A DNA stretch of 64,000 nt from Phyllobates terribilis (taxonomy: Eukaryota), in the NCBI RefSeq assembly GCF_046119375.1, contig NW_027362765.1, positions 170,252,001 to 170,316,000 on the forward strand. Reading direction: 5' to 3'. The notes beneath the pieces are model-generated. The model did no database searches, was not told where the DNA came from, and saw only the letters and a list, made by a program, of their open reading frames with translations. Below are positions 1 to 13,605 of this stretch, one piece after another; within the stretch, counting starts at the first letter, position 1, and each line of letters starts with the position of its first letter. The translations under genes and the position numbers were made by a program.

Positions 1-2918
1 AAAAATCTTTCAGGGGTCCAGCCTCCGAAACTTCTGCACTTCCCAGGTATTAAGTGACTGCATTTATTTGGCTTTTCCAGTATACCTACTGTAAAGGTAA
101 GTGTAAAAGCTCCATTCAAAGGACAAGAATATGAATGGGCTGGGGAAAACCAAAAAGCCTAAGCACTGAAAGGGTAGCCTCCATTCTTATGCTGGTAGGC
201 ACCTGTGGATGAGGTGTGGAAGGAAGTGGTGCATGAGCAACCCTTCAAAGAAGATCTGTCACCAGATTTTCTAATACCAACTACATCCATTATTAAGCCA
301 TTATTAAGTAGATCTTGGACTGATGATGTTGGTGTACTTACTTTGAAAATCCCTGTCAGAATGGCTGTATAATCATTTTTGAAAGCTCACACTCAATCAC
401 AGTAGACTAGCAGAGATCAAAAGATCATTCCTCCTCACTGCTGCTGAGATCTTCTGCTGCTCAGTACAAGTTGCAGATCTCAGCCAGGCTCAGTGGCCAT
501 AGACTGAATGTAATTGGACTCATTAGACTCCTTACTCTAAGGCCACGGCCCCGCTATCAGTATTCGGTCAGTATTTTTTCTCAGGAGTGGGAGCCAAAAC
601 CAGGTGAGGAACAATCAGAGAAAAGGTATAATAGAAACAAGTCACCAATTCTGCATTTATCACCCACACCTGGTTTTGGCTTCCACTCCTCAGAAAAAAA
701 TACTGACCAAATACTGATAGTGGAGCTGTGGCCTTAAGCTCAGGTTTCCCCAACCTTTGGCTCTCCAACTGTTGCACAACTAACTAGCTGTCTGGACATC
801 TCCCATCATGTCCAGACAACCACAGATATTATGGCATGATGGGAGTTGTAGTTGGTAACAGCTGTAGAGCCACAGGTTGGGGAACACTGCTTTGGGACTC
901 AGTCAAATGTTTGTTTTCCCGTACATGGCTAGAACACTGACCCATTGTAGTGTATGGAACCGTTCACATGTCTTTGCTTTTTCCTGGACCGTGTGTCTGT
1001 GCCAAACTTGTGGAGACATGTCCGATATCATCGATGAAATGGGCCAATATAAGTCTATGGGTCTGTGATACCATCCGTGTGCTGTCTGTATTTAACACTG
1101 CAAAGGATAGGAGAAGCTTTGTCATTTATTGATCTATCCATAAAAAAACTCTGTAGGTGAAAACACACACGGACCTTATGCTGATGAAACCAGTACCATT
1201 TTTACAAGTACGTGTTTAAACACGGACATGTGAATGAGGCCTAATGTGAGTATGGTGAAATCTGCTTTAATTACCATACAGCCATATATCCCTGGTCACA
1301 CCCTGGGAACAAGCAAATGGAATTCTTGTGCACTCACTAGGGCCTTAATCAGACATCCCTGTTTATTCATGTACGCCAAAAAAAAAGTACAAGTGTCAGT
1401 TTTTACCACTTTTTTTTTTTTTTTTTACTTAATCAATTAAAGCTTCTCCTATCCATTGCTATATTAATCACAGACAGCACACGGATGGCACTTGAAAAAG
1501 GAATGTGCACATACCCTAAAGGCCCCCATACAAATTATACTAATGTCGGCAGAACCCGTCAATATCGAGGGATTGAGCCAACTGTCTAATAGGGGTGCTG
1601 GCTGAATAATGGTCTGGAGACATGTCCATCAGGCATGTCTGATTTTGGACTGCCGATCGCATTGTTCTTTCTCCCTGAGATAATCTGCCACACTGTCAGT
1701 CGGCAGCTTCAGACAACACAGGAGCACTCGGCCGAGCGTGCACTCCTGTGTATGAGAGAGCTGCCGGAGCATCGTTCAGCTGACAGACATCTAATGTGTA
1801 TAGCCCCCGTCTCACATAGCGAGATCGCTCCTGTGTCACGGTTTTGGTGACGCAACAGCGATGTCGCTATGTGTGACACTTTGCAGCGATCAGGCCTCTG
1901 CTGTGAGGTCGCTGATCGCTGCAAAGTGTCCTGGACCATTTTTTGGTCGTTGCTCTCTCGCTGGTCAGCACACATCGCTGTGTGTGACCAGCGGGACCAG
2001 CGATCAGGCTGGTAACTATGGTAAACAGCGGGTTACTAGGGGCACACGCGCATCCACGATGTCGCTGCTCCCCTGATCGTTGGTGAGCCTGCCTGTTTGA
2101 CAGCTCACCAGCGACCACATAGCGACGCAGCAACGATCCCTGACAGGTCGTATCATTGTCGGGATCGTTGCAGTTTGTCGCTAAGTGTGACGGGGCCTTA
2201 TGGCCATATGGCCAGCCTTAGTTTGTTGACTGCTTAAAAGGTTGGATTGATTTGTCACATCAGTCACAAGAATGAATCCTTTCATAGCTGATGTTTATCC
2301 AGCTTAGATACATTGTGTTTGCACAGTTCTCTGGATGCATTTTGAATGAAAGATAATTGTGAACAAGTGTTCTTAAGTCACCCTAGTTTACACTGCAAGA
2401 GAATTGTGAAACAGGATGCCGATCACCCGATTGAGTAAAAATTATCTTTTGTGCAGAGCATAAGATAATTCTGGGCAGTGCATTGTCCTGTGTAAACTAC
2501 TCGCGCTGCCGAGAACTACGACAGCCTATGTGCGCTGAGTATGCTGTTAAAGATCAGTACTTATAGTTTAGTTTGGTCTGCCTTTGTAAACAGGGTATTG
2601 AACAACCGCTGATGGGTAAAGGTTTACAGGTCAGTGTTAGTTTAGTGGTGCCTGTTGTTGCATGTAAACTGACCATTATATATCCAGAAACATTGCCAAT
2701 GAGGACCTTGATATATAAGGTCTTTCTGCCATCATAAATTCCAAGCAATTAATGATCATTGCAAAGTCATATGCAGTTGCAAAGATTCTTTTTAGAATTA
2801 CATGTTTAATTTTTTTATGCCATATATACACAGATGCTACATTATATTTTACTTCCCCTTCAAACCCATGTGTTAACCAATGCAATAGATGTATCATGTG
2901 ATTCAAGTGAAGTGGACT

Positions 2919-3357
2919 TCACTTTTGAGCTTCTTTCTGAGCCCAAACAAAAAATATCCCACTCACATCGTCTACACCAACTTTCATACTAGGAGTCATA
3001 GAATAGCTGGAAAATTCCCTTATAACACACTTTGCAGTACCCAGTGCCTTCTTTACTATGTCTTCAGTAACTGGCACCACACTCAGCCGTGCTTCTCCAG
3101 CCAAGTAGTAGGACTCCTCTAAAGCCCCAATCCATAAAAAGTGCCCATTTGGTTTCAGGAGTCCAACAACATTTTCAAGTGCCTTCTGAAAGGCCTCAAG
3201 GTTAGGACTGCAAGCCTCAAGGCAGAACGATGATACCAGACAGTCCACAGAACCACTGACCAGTTCTCCTCCTAGTGGACTGGGCTGATGGACATCAACT
3301 GGAATCACGCGGGACACGTGTTCCCGAAGTCGCTTCTGCTTATCTTTCCAAGACTCT
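2919..3357 (-). CDS. PNMT: PNMT exon 3 (coding part)
   Basis: Strong acceptor (ttttttcctttccccccggcag); ESWKDKQKRLR...FFVWAQKEAQK*. Confidence 0.95.
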
Positions 3358-6300
3358 CTGCCGGGGGGAAAGGAAAAAAAGAGCATCAGTACAGATAACT
3401 ACACAGCAGTCTAATCTATTGGCATGAAAGGTTTATTCTACAGAGGCCAATATAGAATTTAGGTTCTCAGTCACATAAGATAGTTGGATGGTCCTGCCAT
3501 CAATGGGTTTGGCCAACTCTGCACTTATGAGAAAGGGATTGTATCATCTTTCTTCAGGAGCACACGACTCCCCTGCCTTACAGATTTCTGCTTGCTTGGG
3601 GGGAGTTGCACTCGTGAAACTTGATAGTTCAGACCAGTGGCATGGTCACACTTCTGCTCCACCCTGTAACGCTATAGAAACAGCATTGCCTTTTCAGCAT
3701 GGTAGGAGAGCGGGACACATGCTGATCCAGCCATGTTCAGACTGGAGCTTATAATCAACGTAGCAAAGAGCTGGCAGGCACACGCTCCTTGCCTAGGAAA
3801 CTTGTGACTGAGGTGGCCAGAATTATAGGCAATCAACAGTAAATTCTAGAGTTAAAAATACTTGGTTCTGAACAACGGTGGGATATTTAAGTAGTAGATT
3901 GCAAAGTTGATTGTTTTTACAATTACATCCATTTAATAAGAAGCTTTTAAAAAGTATTCATTCATTTTTTTCCGCAATGCTATTGCTGTCAGACTTAAAA
4001 GTGAAAACTGGAGTAATGAGAGGGAACTAGACAGAGAACACCAAAGTTTGGGTCTCCATTGGTTTAAATGGGGTTTGGGTACAGTTCTGGTAACTGAACT
4101 TTAGACTAAAGGTTGAGTACCAGAACCCGAATTTCCAGGGGTCCGCTCATCCCTAGCTGGGACAGAGCAGGGATGCCGACCGTCCAGAAATTCCAGGACA
4201 GTCCGTAAAATAAGGGCACTTTTTGCCCCGTGGAAAAAAAAATTAAGGTGTCCCTGAATTTTTTTTTTTTTGAGGCTGAGGAAACACAGAATTTTTTGAC
4301 TGTAATTATTTTACAGTTTACATTGAATGCTACTAATGTCGTCTTAACTGAATTATAGGCTGTAGACATGTCTCACTAATCATGATTTTTTTTATGGTTT
4401 TACTATGTGTCGGTAAAAAAAATACTGTCTGTCCATCATTTTTTAATTCTCTTTTTTAATAAGCTGTCCAATTCTTTTCCCTCCAGAAATGTTACACTAG
4501 TCCCTGACTAGGGCAACTGTTTGTGGGAGGCACACGCCGCTGATAGAATGCCCTCAGTTCATTAAGTGACTCGCACCCCTTAAAGGGGTTGTCCCATCAA
4601 AACCGATAAGTCTGCAGTCGCTTTGTGTGACTGTAGACTTATGAATTCCTCCAGCGCACGCTATATATGCTACAGGGATTCGCTGGTTTTAGACCCGGGA
4701 CCGGCGGGTACATATGAGTTATACATACTCCCAACCAGTGGGCACGGTCTCCCTCCATACAAGTGTATGGAGAGTGAGGCTGCTCCCGCTGGCCGGGAGT
4801 ATGTATAACTCATACATATCCTCTGGTCCCAAGTCTGAAACTGGCGAATCCCTGCAGCGCACAGTGCTTGTGCTGGGGGGGATTCATAAGTCTACAGTCA
4901 CACAGAGCGACTGCAGACTTGTCGGTTTTGACCGGACAACTTCTTTAAGACTTGAATACCAAACACCATTCTTGGTGAGTTTTCAGAGCAGAAATTCTCC
5001 ATTGAAAACTTGTGGCTTTTGTTTCTGCTTCAAGAACTCAGGGTGTGTTCACACTGATTTTTTTTTTTACTAACATCAAAAATCCCAAAAAACATAAGGG
5101 CCTGTGCACATGTTGCAGATTTGTCTCGTTTTATTTCTGCACAGATTTGTCACCAAACCTGAAGGATTTCCTGATGCCAGCAAAGTGAATGAGAATCCTG
5201 AAGTCTCATGCAGACGTTGCTTGTTTCTGACTTGCAGATTTGGAGCAGATTTAAATCTGTAACATGTCAATTCTTTCAGCGTTTTTGCTGCAGATTTCAC
5301 TCATACTAATGACTGGGGAAAAATATGCATCAAAATCGAGCCTATTTTATGCAGCATCATCCTGCTTATACCCCAATTATGTCACAATTGGATACTGATC
5401 TGGTATATGGGGAATTGTGTGGCGGTCATTATTCCTGGATCTGGACAAGGGCTTGGTCACGCTTTTGATTACTCACCCTTTGCCCTCTAACTTGCAAACA
5501 TGTTCAAAGTAGGGACTCCAGTCGAAAGCCCCTGGTTCATCACTGAGCCACATCTTCAGTTCTTTACGATTCACCTCCAAGTATTCTGCCAAAATAGTCT
5601 CCTGAAAGTGCTCAAACGCACTCAACAACTGGTATATTGTAGGACCTGAGCCAATATCGACCAAGGTGTGCCCTTTAATCCCACCTAGGAATACAGGAGG
5701 GGAGATTGTTTTAGTTGGTCTTTATGTGAAGTTATTAAAAGCAAAAGTTACACTAGGGTTATGGTATGGTTACAATTTAACAAATAAAATGAGTTCTCCT
5801 AGGAAAGCAATTTAAGGGGCAATTGCCTTTACTAAAGGTCCCATATATACAGACACACACACAAAGCTGACCACAGCCATTAAACGACCGCTGATCAGCT
5901 GTACAGTGGCATGTAAAAGTTTGGGCACCCCTGGTCAAAATTGCTGCTGTTGTTAACAGTGAAGTAAGTTGAAGATGAGATAGTTTAGAGATTATTGCAT
6001 CGGCCCATTTTCCTTTTTGTAATTTTTAAAATGTAAAAGATGAAAATATATATCTTTTTTTTCTCCCTAAAATACAAAGGAAATGTGTCATCTTTAACTT
6101 TAGGCCTATTAGAGATCATATCATTTTCAACTTGCTTAACTATTCACAATAACAGTAATTTTGACCAGGGGTGCCCAAACTTTTCCATGCCACTGTATAG
6201 ATATAATCTGATCCGCAGTTGTGTAAATGCCTGTTTAGACAGAATGCTATGCTCACAGAATGATGGTTAATATGATCAATATAATCGCTCTTTGCGTTTA

Positions 6301-7479
6301 GAATATATCATCAGTAGGACAGTGTGCTTAATGATTTTTAAGCTTGCTTAAAAGTCAACGCTCTTGATGTTTGAGCGTCTTGCTAGTTCATCAGGTGGTT
6401 TCTGGCTTATTGAGACAGGCTGGTAATTGGGAGTGTTCTTACAAACACCCATCTCAATAATTGGCCCATCATAAGCTATGACACTGACACTCTGGCACTG
6501 ACTTTTGAAGAATTTGTCAGAGCAAGTTTGCTGAGAAAAAACAAACAAACCAAAAACTGCATTTAAATTACTGGAAAGACGTCATACATTTCTATTGTAA
6601 GGCCACTCTGCTGTTCATATGTTTAATCTTTTGAGCTCCCCCCCCCCCCCCCCACACACACTTTTTGAAAAACTCCTAGTGAAGAAGGGGAGTGTTTGCA
6701 TCTGAAGAGTCCCATGTTGGATTCTGCTCCAAACTAGACATTGTCAGTATCAAGACGCTGCAAAAATTGTGCAAAACCACTTCAGGAAACAATTCCTCCA
6801 AAAGCTCCCCAACTGATGGAGCATTTTCTAAAGCGGTTAACACTAGACTTGTTATTTTTGACACCTAAAAAAAACTGTGTGCCTATACCCTGCATGGGCC
6901 TAAATTACTCCCCTCTATATTAGTGGGACAGAAGACATACTGTTCCCTAAGCATTTAGAGCCTGGACTCGGTTATACTGGATGAGGGCTGTAGGGAGCTT
7001 ATGGCTTGTAATGGCTCAGTGTGCCATCTATAAAAGAGAAACATACAATGACATTCTATGGGGCTACTTTTTGCAGACAAAAAAAAACAACACACTATGT
7101 AACAAGCTATACAATGAAGTATGCACAGTCAACATTAAAAAATAAAAGTAAAATTGCCCAAGACTTGTATGTACCCCAAAGCTTTACCAATGAAAATTCC
7201 AAGTCATATTGAAGAAAAAATGAATGTAAAAAAAGAAAAAAACAACATTTTTTTGTTGTTACAGTAAGATCTCGGCAAATGCTCTCAACTAAAAATACAC
7301 GACTTATCTAAACCGGAGAGCTCACCTTTGGTACAAGCCTCATGAAGTCGCCGCAGCTTCCAACACATGACACTGTCCTCGCTTGAGAAGTCCGCCCGAG
7401 GGGGCACATAGTTATTCTGCAAGTAGGCTCTGGGATTGAATAGCTGATAGGACTCAGCGACTGCCTGGATGCTGCTCAT
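2919..7479 (-). CDS. PNMT: Phenylethanolamine N-methyltransferase, 3 exons: complement(join(2919..3357,5477..5684,7326..7479)), 801 nt, 266 aa
   Basis: Exons of 154+208+439 nt join in frame through canonical GT-AG sites (AAAG|gtgag, cctag|GT, AAGG|gtgagt, ggcag|A). The product MSSIQAVAESYQLFNPRAYLQNNY...WKLRRL...VDIGSGPTIYQLLSA...DVHQP...FCLEA...ALEESYY...GVDDVSG carries the SAM motif I (DIGSGPT). It also has residues equivalent to human PNMT K57, E185, E219 and D267, which favours PNMT over NNMT/INMT. Lying next to TCAP on the same strand matches the known TCAP-PNMT synteny. Confidence 0.96.
4584..4944. mobile_element. T2/Kolobok-like MITE in PNMT intron 2
   Basis: Imperfect TIRs of about 65 bp (aggggttgtcccatcaaaaccgataagtctgcagtcgc... 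/ ...gcgactgcagacttgtcggttttgaccggacaacttct) flanked by TTAA at 4580-4583 and 4945-4948. Confidence 0.8.
5477..5684 (-). CDS. PNMT: PNMT exon 2
   Basis: 208 nt; GIKGHTLVDIGSGPT...CKLEGK; pyrimidine-rich acceptor ending cctag and donor gtgagt. Confidence 0.95.
5904..6195. mobile_element. Tc1-derived MITE in PNMT intron 1
   Basis: TA-CAGTGGCATGTAAAAGTTTGGGCACCCCTGGTCAAAATT ... AATTTTGACCAGGGGTGCCCAAACTTTTCCATGCCACTG-TA; TA target duplication, no coding capacity. Confidence 0.88.
7326..7479 (-). CDS. PNMT: PNMT exon 1 (coding part)
   Basis: ATG at 7479; MSSIQAV...HEACTK; donor gtgag at 7325. Confidence 0.92.
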
Positions 7480-7523
7480 GTTGGAAGAGACAGATAATAC
7501 AGCACTCAGTGCGCTCCTCTTAC

Positions 7524-7530
7524 ATTTATA
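7524..7530 (-). promoter_or_regulatory. Putative PNMT TATA box (TATAAAT)
   Basis: TATAAAT on the minus strand 45-51 nt upstream of the PNMT ATG; position alone, no expression data. Confidence 0.5.
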
Positions 7531-8139
7531 AGCTGGAGGTATCATCCCATCCTATCATTAGTCTGCATTACAGGTACACCTCCCATCACTCTCCATTACA
7601 ACTGCATCCACCCTTAGTCTGTGATACCATCTACCAAACTGATTCACTTTTCAGTCTTCCCCAAGGGCTATACAGCAGCACAAGGGTATCTAGAAATGTC
7701 ATTACTTTATCTGCCAGATGCCAGCCACCCCAGAGCTGAAGCACATACATGCAGATTGCCCTTCGCTTTCTGTACATATTATGCTCTGTGCCAGTTGTAT
7801 ATAGATAGGATGACTTTTGAATAATACGACATACAATTATAATTGTGCTGGTTTTATATACTGTATCCTATGTATGCTACCATGTTGATCAATTAGTCTA
7901 CAGCAAACCTGGGCAAATTGCGGACTGCAGGCCACACCCGTCCCTTTGTCTGTCCCCGTTCGGCCCAAAAACCATCAAATGGATGGAAATCAGATGCTAC
8001 AGTAGTGCAACGGCGACTCTAGAGAACAGCAAGCACCTGACTTGCATGGAGACGCAGATCAGATGCACACGGTCTGCGCCTTTCTGTGGGTGCTCCTCAC
8101 AGTCTGTGTCTGCCTGCCAACATTAAGGTGTGCTTGATA

Positions 8140-11100
8140 ACTGTTCCCTGCCGCGCCACCTGAGCAGCACACCAAGAGAATGCACCCCACACTGCCTGAG
8201 CAGCACACCAAGAGAATACACCCCACACTGCCTAAGCAGCACACTAAGAGAATGTACCCCACGCTGCCTAAGCAGCACACCAAGAGAATACACCCCACGC
8301 TGCCTAAGCAGCACACCAAGAGAATGCACCCCACGCTGCCTAAGTAGTACACCAAGAGTATCCACCCTGTGCTGCCTGAGCAGCACACCAAGAGAATACA
8401 CCCCACACTGCCTAAGCAGCACACTAAGAGAATGTACCCCACGCTGCCTAAGCAGCACACCAAGAGAATGTAACCCACGCTGCCTAAGCAGCACACCAAG
8501 AGAATGTACCCCACGCTGCCTAAGCAGCACACCAAGAGAATACACCCCACGCTGCCTAAGCAGCACACCAAGAGAATGCACCCCACGCTGCCTAAGTAGT
8601 ACACCAAGAGTATCCACCCTGTGCTGCCCGAGCAGCACACCAAGAGAATACCCCCACGCTGCCTAAGCAGCACACCAAGAGAACGCACCCCACGCTGCCT
8701 AAGCAGCACACCAAGAGAATCCACCCCACGCTGCCTAAGCAGCACATCAAAAGAATGCACCCCACGCTGCCTAAGAAGCACACCAAGAGAATGCACCCCA
8801 CGCTACCTAAGTAGTACACCAAGAGTATACACCCTGTGCTGCCTGAGCAGCACACCAAGAGAATACACCCCGTCGCACATGAGCAGCACACCAAGACAAT
8901 GGACCCCGCACTGCCTGAGAACCACACCAAGAGAATACACCCCGCGTTGCCTGAGCAGCACACCAAGAGAATACACCCCGCATTGCCTGAGCAGCACACC
9001 AAGAGAATGCACCCCACGCTACCTAAGTAGTACACCAAGAATATACACCCTGTGCTGCCTGAGCAGCACACCAAGAGAATACATCCCGTCGCACATGAGC
9101 AGCACACCAAGAGAATACACCCCACATTGCCTAAGCAGCACACCAAAAGAATGTACCCCACGCTGCCTAAGCAGCACACCAAGAGAATACACCCCACGCT
9201 GCCTAAGCAGCACACCAAGAGAATGCACCCCACGCTGCCTAAGTAGTACACCAAGAGTATCCACCCTGTGCTGCGTGAGCAGCACACCAAGAGAATACAC
9301 CCCACACTGCCTAAGCAGCACACTAAGAGAATGTACCCCACGCTGCCTAAGCAGCACGCCAAGAGAATACACCCCACGCTGCCTAAGCAGCACACCAAGA
9401 AAATACACCCCTCGCTGCCTAAGCAGCACACCAAGAGAATGCACCCCACGCTGCCTAAGTAGTACACCAAGAGTATCCACCCTGTGCTGCCTGAGCAGCA
9501 CACCAAGAGAATACACCCCACACTGCCTAAGCAGCACACTAAGAGAATGTACCCCACGCTGCCTAAGCAGCACACCAAGAGAATACACCCCACGCTGCCT
9601 AAGCAGCACACTAAGAGAATGTAACCCACGCTGCCTAAGCAGCACACCAAGAGAATGTACCCCACGCTGCCTAAGCAGCACACCAAGAGAATACACCCCT
9701 CGCTGCCTAAGCAGCACACCAAGAGAATGCACCCCACGCTGCCTAAGTAGTACACCAAGAGTATCCACCCTGTGCTGCCTGAGCAGCACACCAAGAGAAT
9801 ACACCCCGTCGCACATGAGCAGCACACCAAGACAATGGACCCCGCACTGCCTGAGAACCACACCAAGAGAATACACCCCGCGTTGCCTGAGCAGCACACC
9901 AAGATAATACACCCCGCATTGCCTGAGCTGCACACCAAGAGAATGCACCCCACGCTACCTAAGTAGTACGCCAGGAGTATACACCCTGTGCTGCCTGAGC
10001 AGCACACCAAGAGAATACACACCGTCGCACATGAGCAGCACACCAAGAGAATACACCCCACATTGCCTAAGCAGCACACCAAGAGAATGCACTCCAATGC
10101 ACCTGAGCAGCACACCAAGAGAATGGACCCCGCACTGCCTGAGAACCACACCAAGAGAATACACCCCGCATTGCCTGAGCAGCACACCAAGAGAATGCAC
10201 CCCACGCTACCTAAGTAGTACACCAAGAGTATACACCCTGTGCTGCCTGAGCAGCACACCAAGAGAATACACCCCGTCGCACATGAGCAGCACACCAAGA
10301 GAATACACCCCACATTTCCTAAGCAGCACACCAAGAGAATGTACCCCACGCTGCCTAAGCAGCACACCAAGAGAATGCACCCCACGCTGCCTAAGTAGTA
10401 CACCAAGAGTATCCACCCTGTGCTGCCTGAGCAGCACATCAAGAGAATGCACCCCGCACTGCCTGAGCAGCACACCAAGAGAATACACCCCACGCTGCCT
10501 AAGCAGCACACCAAGAGAACGCACCCCACGCTGCCTAAGCAGCACACCAAGAGAATACACCCCACGCTGCCTAAGCAGCACACCAAAAGAATGCACCCCA
10601 TGCTGCCTAAGAAGCACACCAAGAGAATGCACCCAACGCTACCTAAGTAGTACACCAAGAGTATACACCCTGTGCTGCCTGAGCAGCACACCAAGAGAAT
10701 ACACCCCGTCGCACATGAGCAGCACACCCAGAGAATGGACCCCGCACTGCCTGAGAACCACACCAAGAGTATACACCCCGCGTTGCCTGAGCAGCACACC
10801 AAGAGAATACACCCCGCATTGCCTGAGCAGCACACCAAGAGAATGCACCCCACTATACCTAAGTAGTACACCAAGAGTATACACCCTGTGCTGCCTGAGC
10901 AGCACACCAAGAGAATACACCCCGTCGCACATGAGCAGCACACCAAGAGAATGCACTCCAATGCACCTGAGCAGCACATCAAGAGAATGGACCAAGCACT
11001 GCCTGAGAACCACACCAAGAGAATACACCCCGCTTTGCCTGAGCAGCACACCAAGAGAATACACCCCACATTGCCTGAACAGCACACCAAGAGAATGCAC

Positions 11101-13605
11101 TCCAACGCACCTGAGCAGCACACCAAGAGAATGGACCCCGCGCTGCCTGAGCAGCACACCAAGAGAATGGACCCCGCACTGCCTGAGAACCACACCAATA
11201 GAATACACCCCGCATTGCCTGAGCAGCACACCAAGAGAATACACCCCTCATTGCCTGAGCAGCACACCAAGAGAATGCACTCCAACGCACCTGAGCAGCA
11301 CACCAAGAGAATGGACCCCGCGCTGCCTGAGCAGCACACCAAGAGAATGGACCCCGCGCTGCCTGAGCAGCGCACCAAGACAATGGACCCTGTGCTGCCT
11401 GAGCTGCACACCAAGAAAAAGCACCCCACGCTGCCTAAGCAGCACACCACGAGAAAGCACCCCACTCTGCCTACGCAACAAACCAAGAGAATGGACCCTG
11501 CATTGCCTGAGCAGCACACCAAGAGAATGCACCCCGCACTGCCTGAGCAGCACACCAAGAGAATATACTCCACCGCACCTGAGCAGCACACCAAGAGAAT
11601 ACACCTCGCCGCACCTGAGCAGCACATCAAGAGAATACACGCCACCGAACCCGAGCAGCAAACCAAGAAAATGCACTCCACGCTGCCTGAGCAGCACGCC
11701 AAGAGAATACACCCTGCACCACCTGAGCAGTACACCAAGAGAATAGACCCTGCACCACCTGAGCAGTACACCAAGAGAATGGACCCCACGCTGCCTGAGC
11801 AGCACACCAAGAGAAGGCACCCAGCACTGCCTGAGCAGCACACCAAGAGAATGCACCCCGACGCACCTGAGCAGCACACCAAGAGAATGCACCCCACGCT
11901 GCCTAAGTAGTACATCAAGAGTATCCACCCTGTGCTGCCTGAGCAGCACACCAAGAGAATACACCCCACGCTGCCTAAGCAGCACACCAAGAGAATGCAC
12001 CCCACACTGCCTAAGAAGCACACCAAGAGAATGCACCCCACGCTACCTAAGTAGTACACCAAGAGTATACACCCTGTGCTGCCTGAGCAGCACACCAAGA
12101 GAATACACCCCGTCGCACAAGAGCAGCACACCAAGAGAATGCACCCCGCACTGCCTGAGATCCACACCAAGAGAATACACCCCGCGTTGCCTGAGCAGCA
12201 CACCAAGAGAATACACCTCGCCGCACCTGAGCAGAACATCAAGAGAATACACACCACCGAACCCGAGCAGCAAACCAAGAAAATGCACTCCACGCTGCCT
12301 GAGCAGCACACCAAGAGAATACACCCTGCACCACCTTAGCAGTGCACCAAGAGAATAGACCCTGCACCACCTGAGCAGTACACCAAGAGAATGGACCCCA
12401 CGCTGCCTGAGCAGCACACCAAGAGAAGGCACCCAGCACTGCCTGAGCAACACACCAAGAGAATGCACCCCGACGCACCTGAGCAGCACACCAAGAGAAT
12501 ACACCCCACACTGCCTAAGCAGCACACCAAGAGAACGCACCCCACGCTGCCTAAGCAGCACACCAAGAGAATACACCCCACGCTGCCTAAACAGCACACC
12601 AAAAGAATGCACCCCACGCTGCCTAAGAAGCACACCAAGAGAATGCACCCCACGCTACTTAAGTAGTACACCAAGAGTATGCACCCTGTGTTGCCTGAGC
12701 AGCACACCAAGAGAATACACCCCGTCGCACATGAGCAGCACACCAAGAGAATACACCCCACATTGCCTAAGCAGCACACCAAGAGAATGCACTCCAATTC
12801 ACCTGAGAACCACACCAAGAGAATACACCCCGCACTGCCTGAGAACCACACCAAGAGAATACACCCCGCATTGCCTGAGCAGCACACCAAGAGAATACAC
12901 CCCTCATTGCCTGAGCAGCACACCAAGAGAATGCACTCCAACGCACCTGAGCAGCACACCAAGAGAATGGACCCCGCGCTGCCTGAGCAGCACACCAAGA
13001 GAATGGACCCCACGCTGCCTGAGCAGCACACCAAGAGAATGGACCCCGCACTGCCTGAGCAGCACACCAAGAGAATGGACCCTGTGCTGCCTGAGCAGCA
13101 CACCAAGAGAAAGCACCCCACGCTGCCTAAGCAGCACACCACGAGAAAGCACCCCACGCTGCCTACGCAACAAACCAAGAGAATGGACCCTGCGTTGCCT
13201 GAGCAGCACACCAAGAGTATGCACCCCGCACTGCCTGAGCAGCACACCAAGAGAATACACTCCACCGCACCTGAGCAGCACACCAAGAGAATACACCTCG
13301 CCGCACCTGAGCAGCACACCAAGAGAATACACACCACCGAACCCGAGCAGCAAACCAATAAAATGCACTCCACGCTGCCTAAGCAGCACACCAAGAGAAT
13401 ACACCCTGCACCACCTGAGCAGTACACCAAGAGAATAGACCCTGCACCACCTGAGCAGTACACCAAGAGAATGGACCCCACGCTGCCTGAGCAGCACACC
13501 AAGAGAAGGCACCCAGCACTGCCTGAGCAGCACACCAAGAGAATGCACCCCGACGCACCTGAGCAGCACACCAAGAGAATGGACAACACGTTGCCTGAGC
13601 AACAC
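8140..13605. repeat. 36-bp minisatellite, about 150 units, with higher-order structure
   Basis: Consensus approximately CAAGAGAATACACCCCACGCTGCCTAAGCAGCACAC. The 12-aa periodicity of every overlapping ORF confirms the 36-nt period. Variant units recur at 216/252-bp spacing. Confidence 0.97.

Noticed and set aside
1-2900. Short ORFs left of PNMT as possible PGAP3 exons
   Set aside because: There is no recognisable PGAP3 similarity or consistent splice phases; the region is mostly MITE-like palindromic repeats.
8592-12314. 1240-aa Cys-rich ORF (CILLVCCSGSVG repeats) and the other long ORFs across 8059-13649
   Set aside because: The 36-nt unit is a multiple of 3 and stop-free in about four of six frames, so long ORFs appear on both strands at once. 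In the Cys frame nearly all routes to a stop codon need transversions, which explains its length. There is no unique N- or C-terminal domain or splice context. Transcript or peptide evidence would be needed to revive it.
8140-13605. 36-bp repeat as a CRISPR array
   Set aside because: The units are head-to-tail with no unique spacers, there are no cas genes, and the context is eukaryotic and intron-containing.
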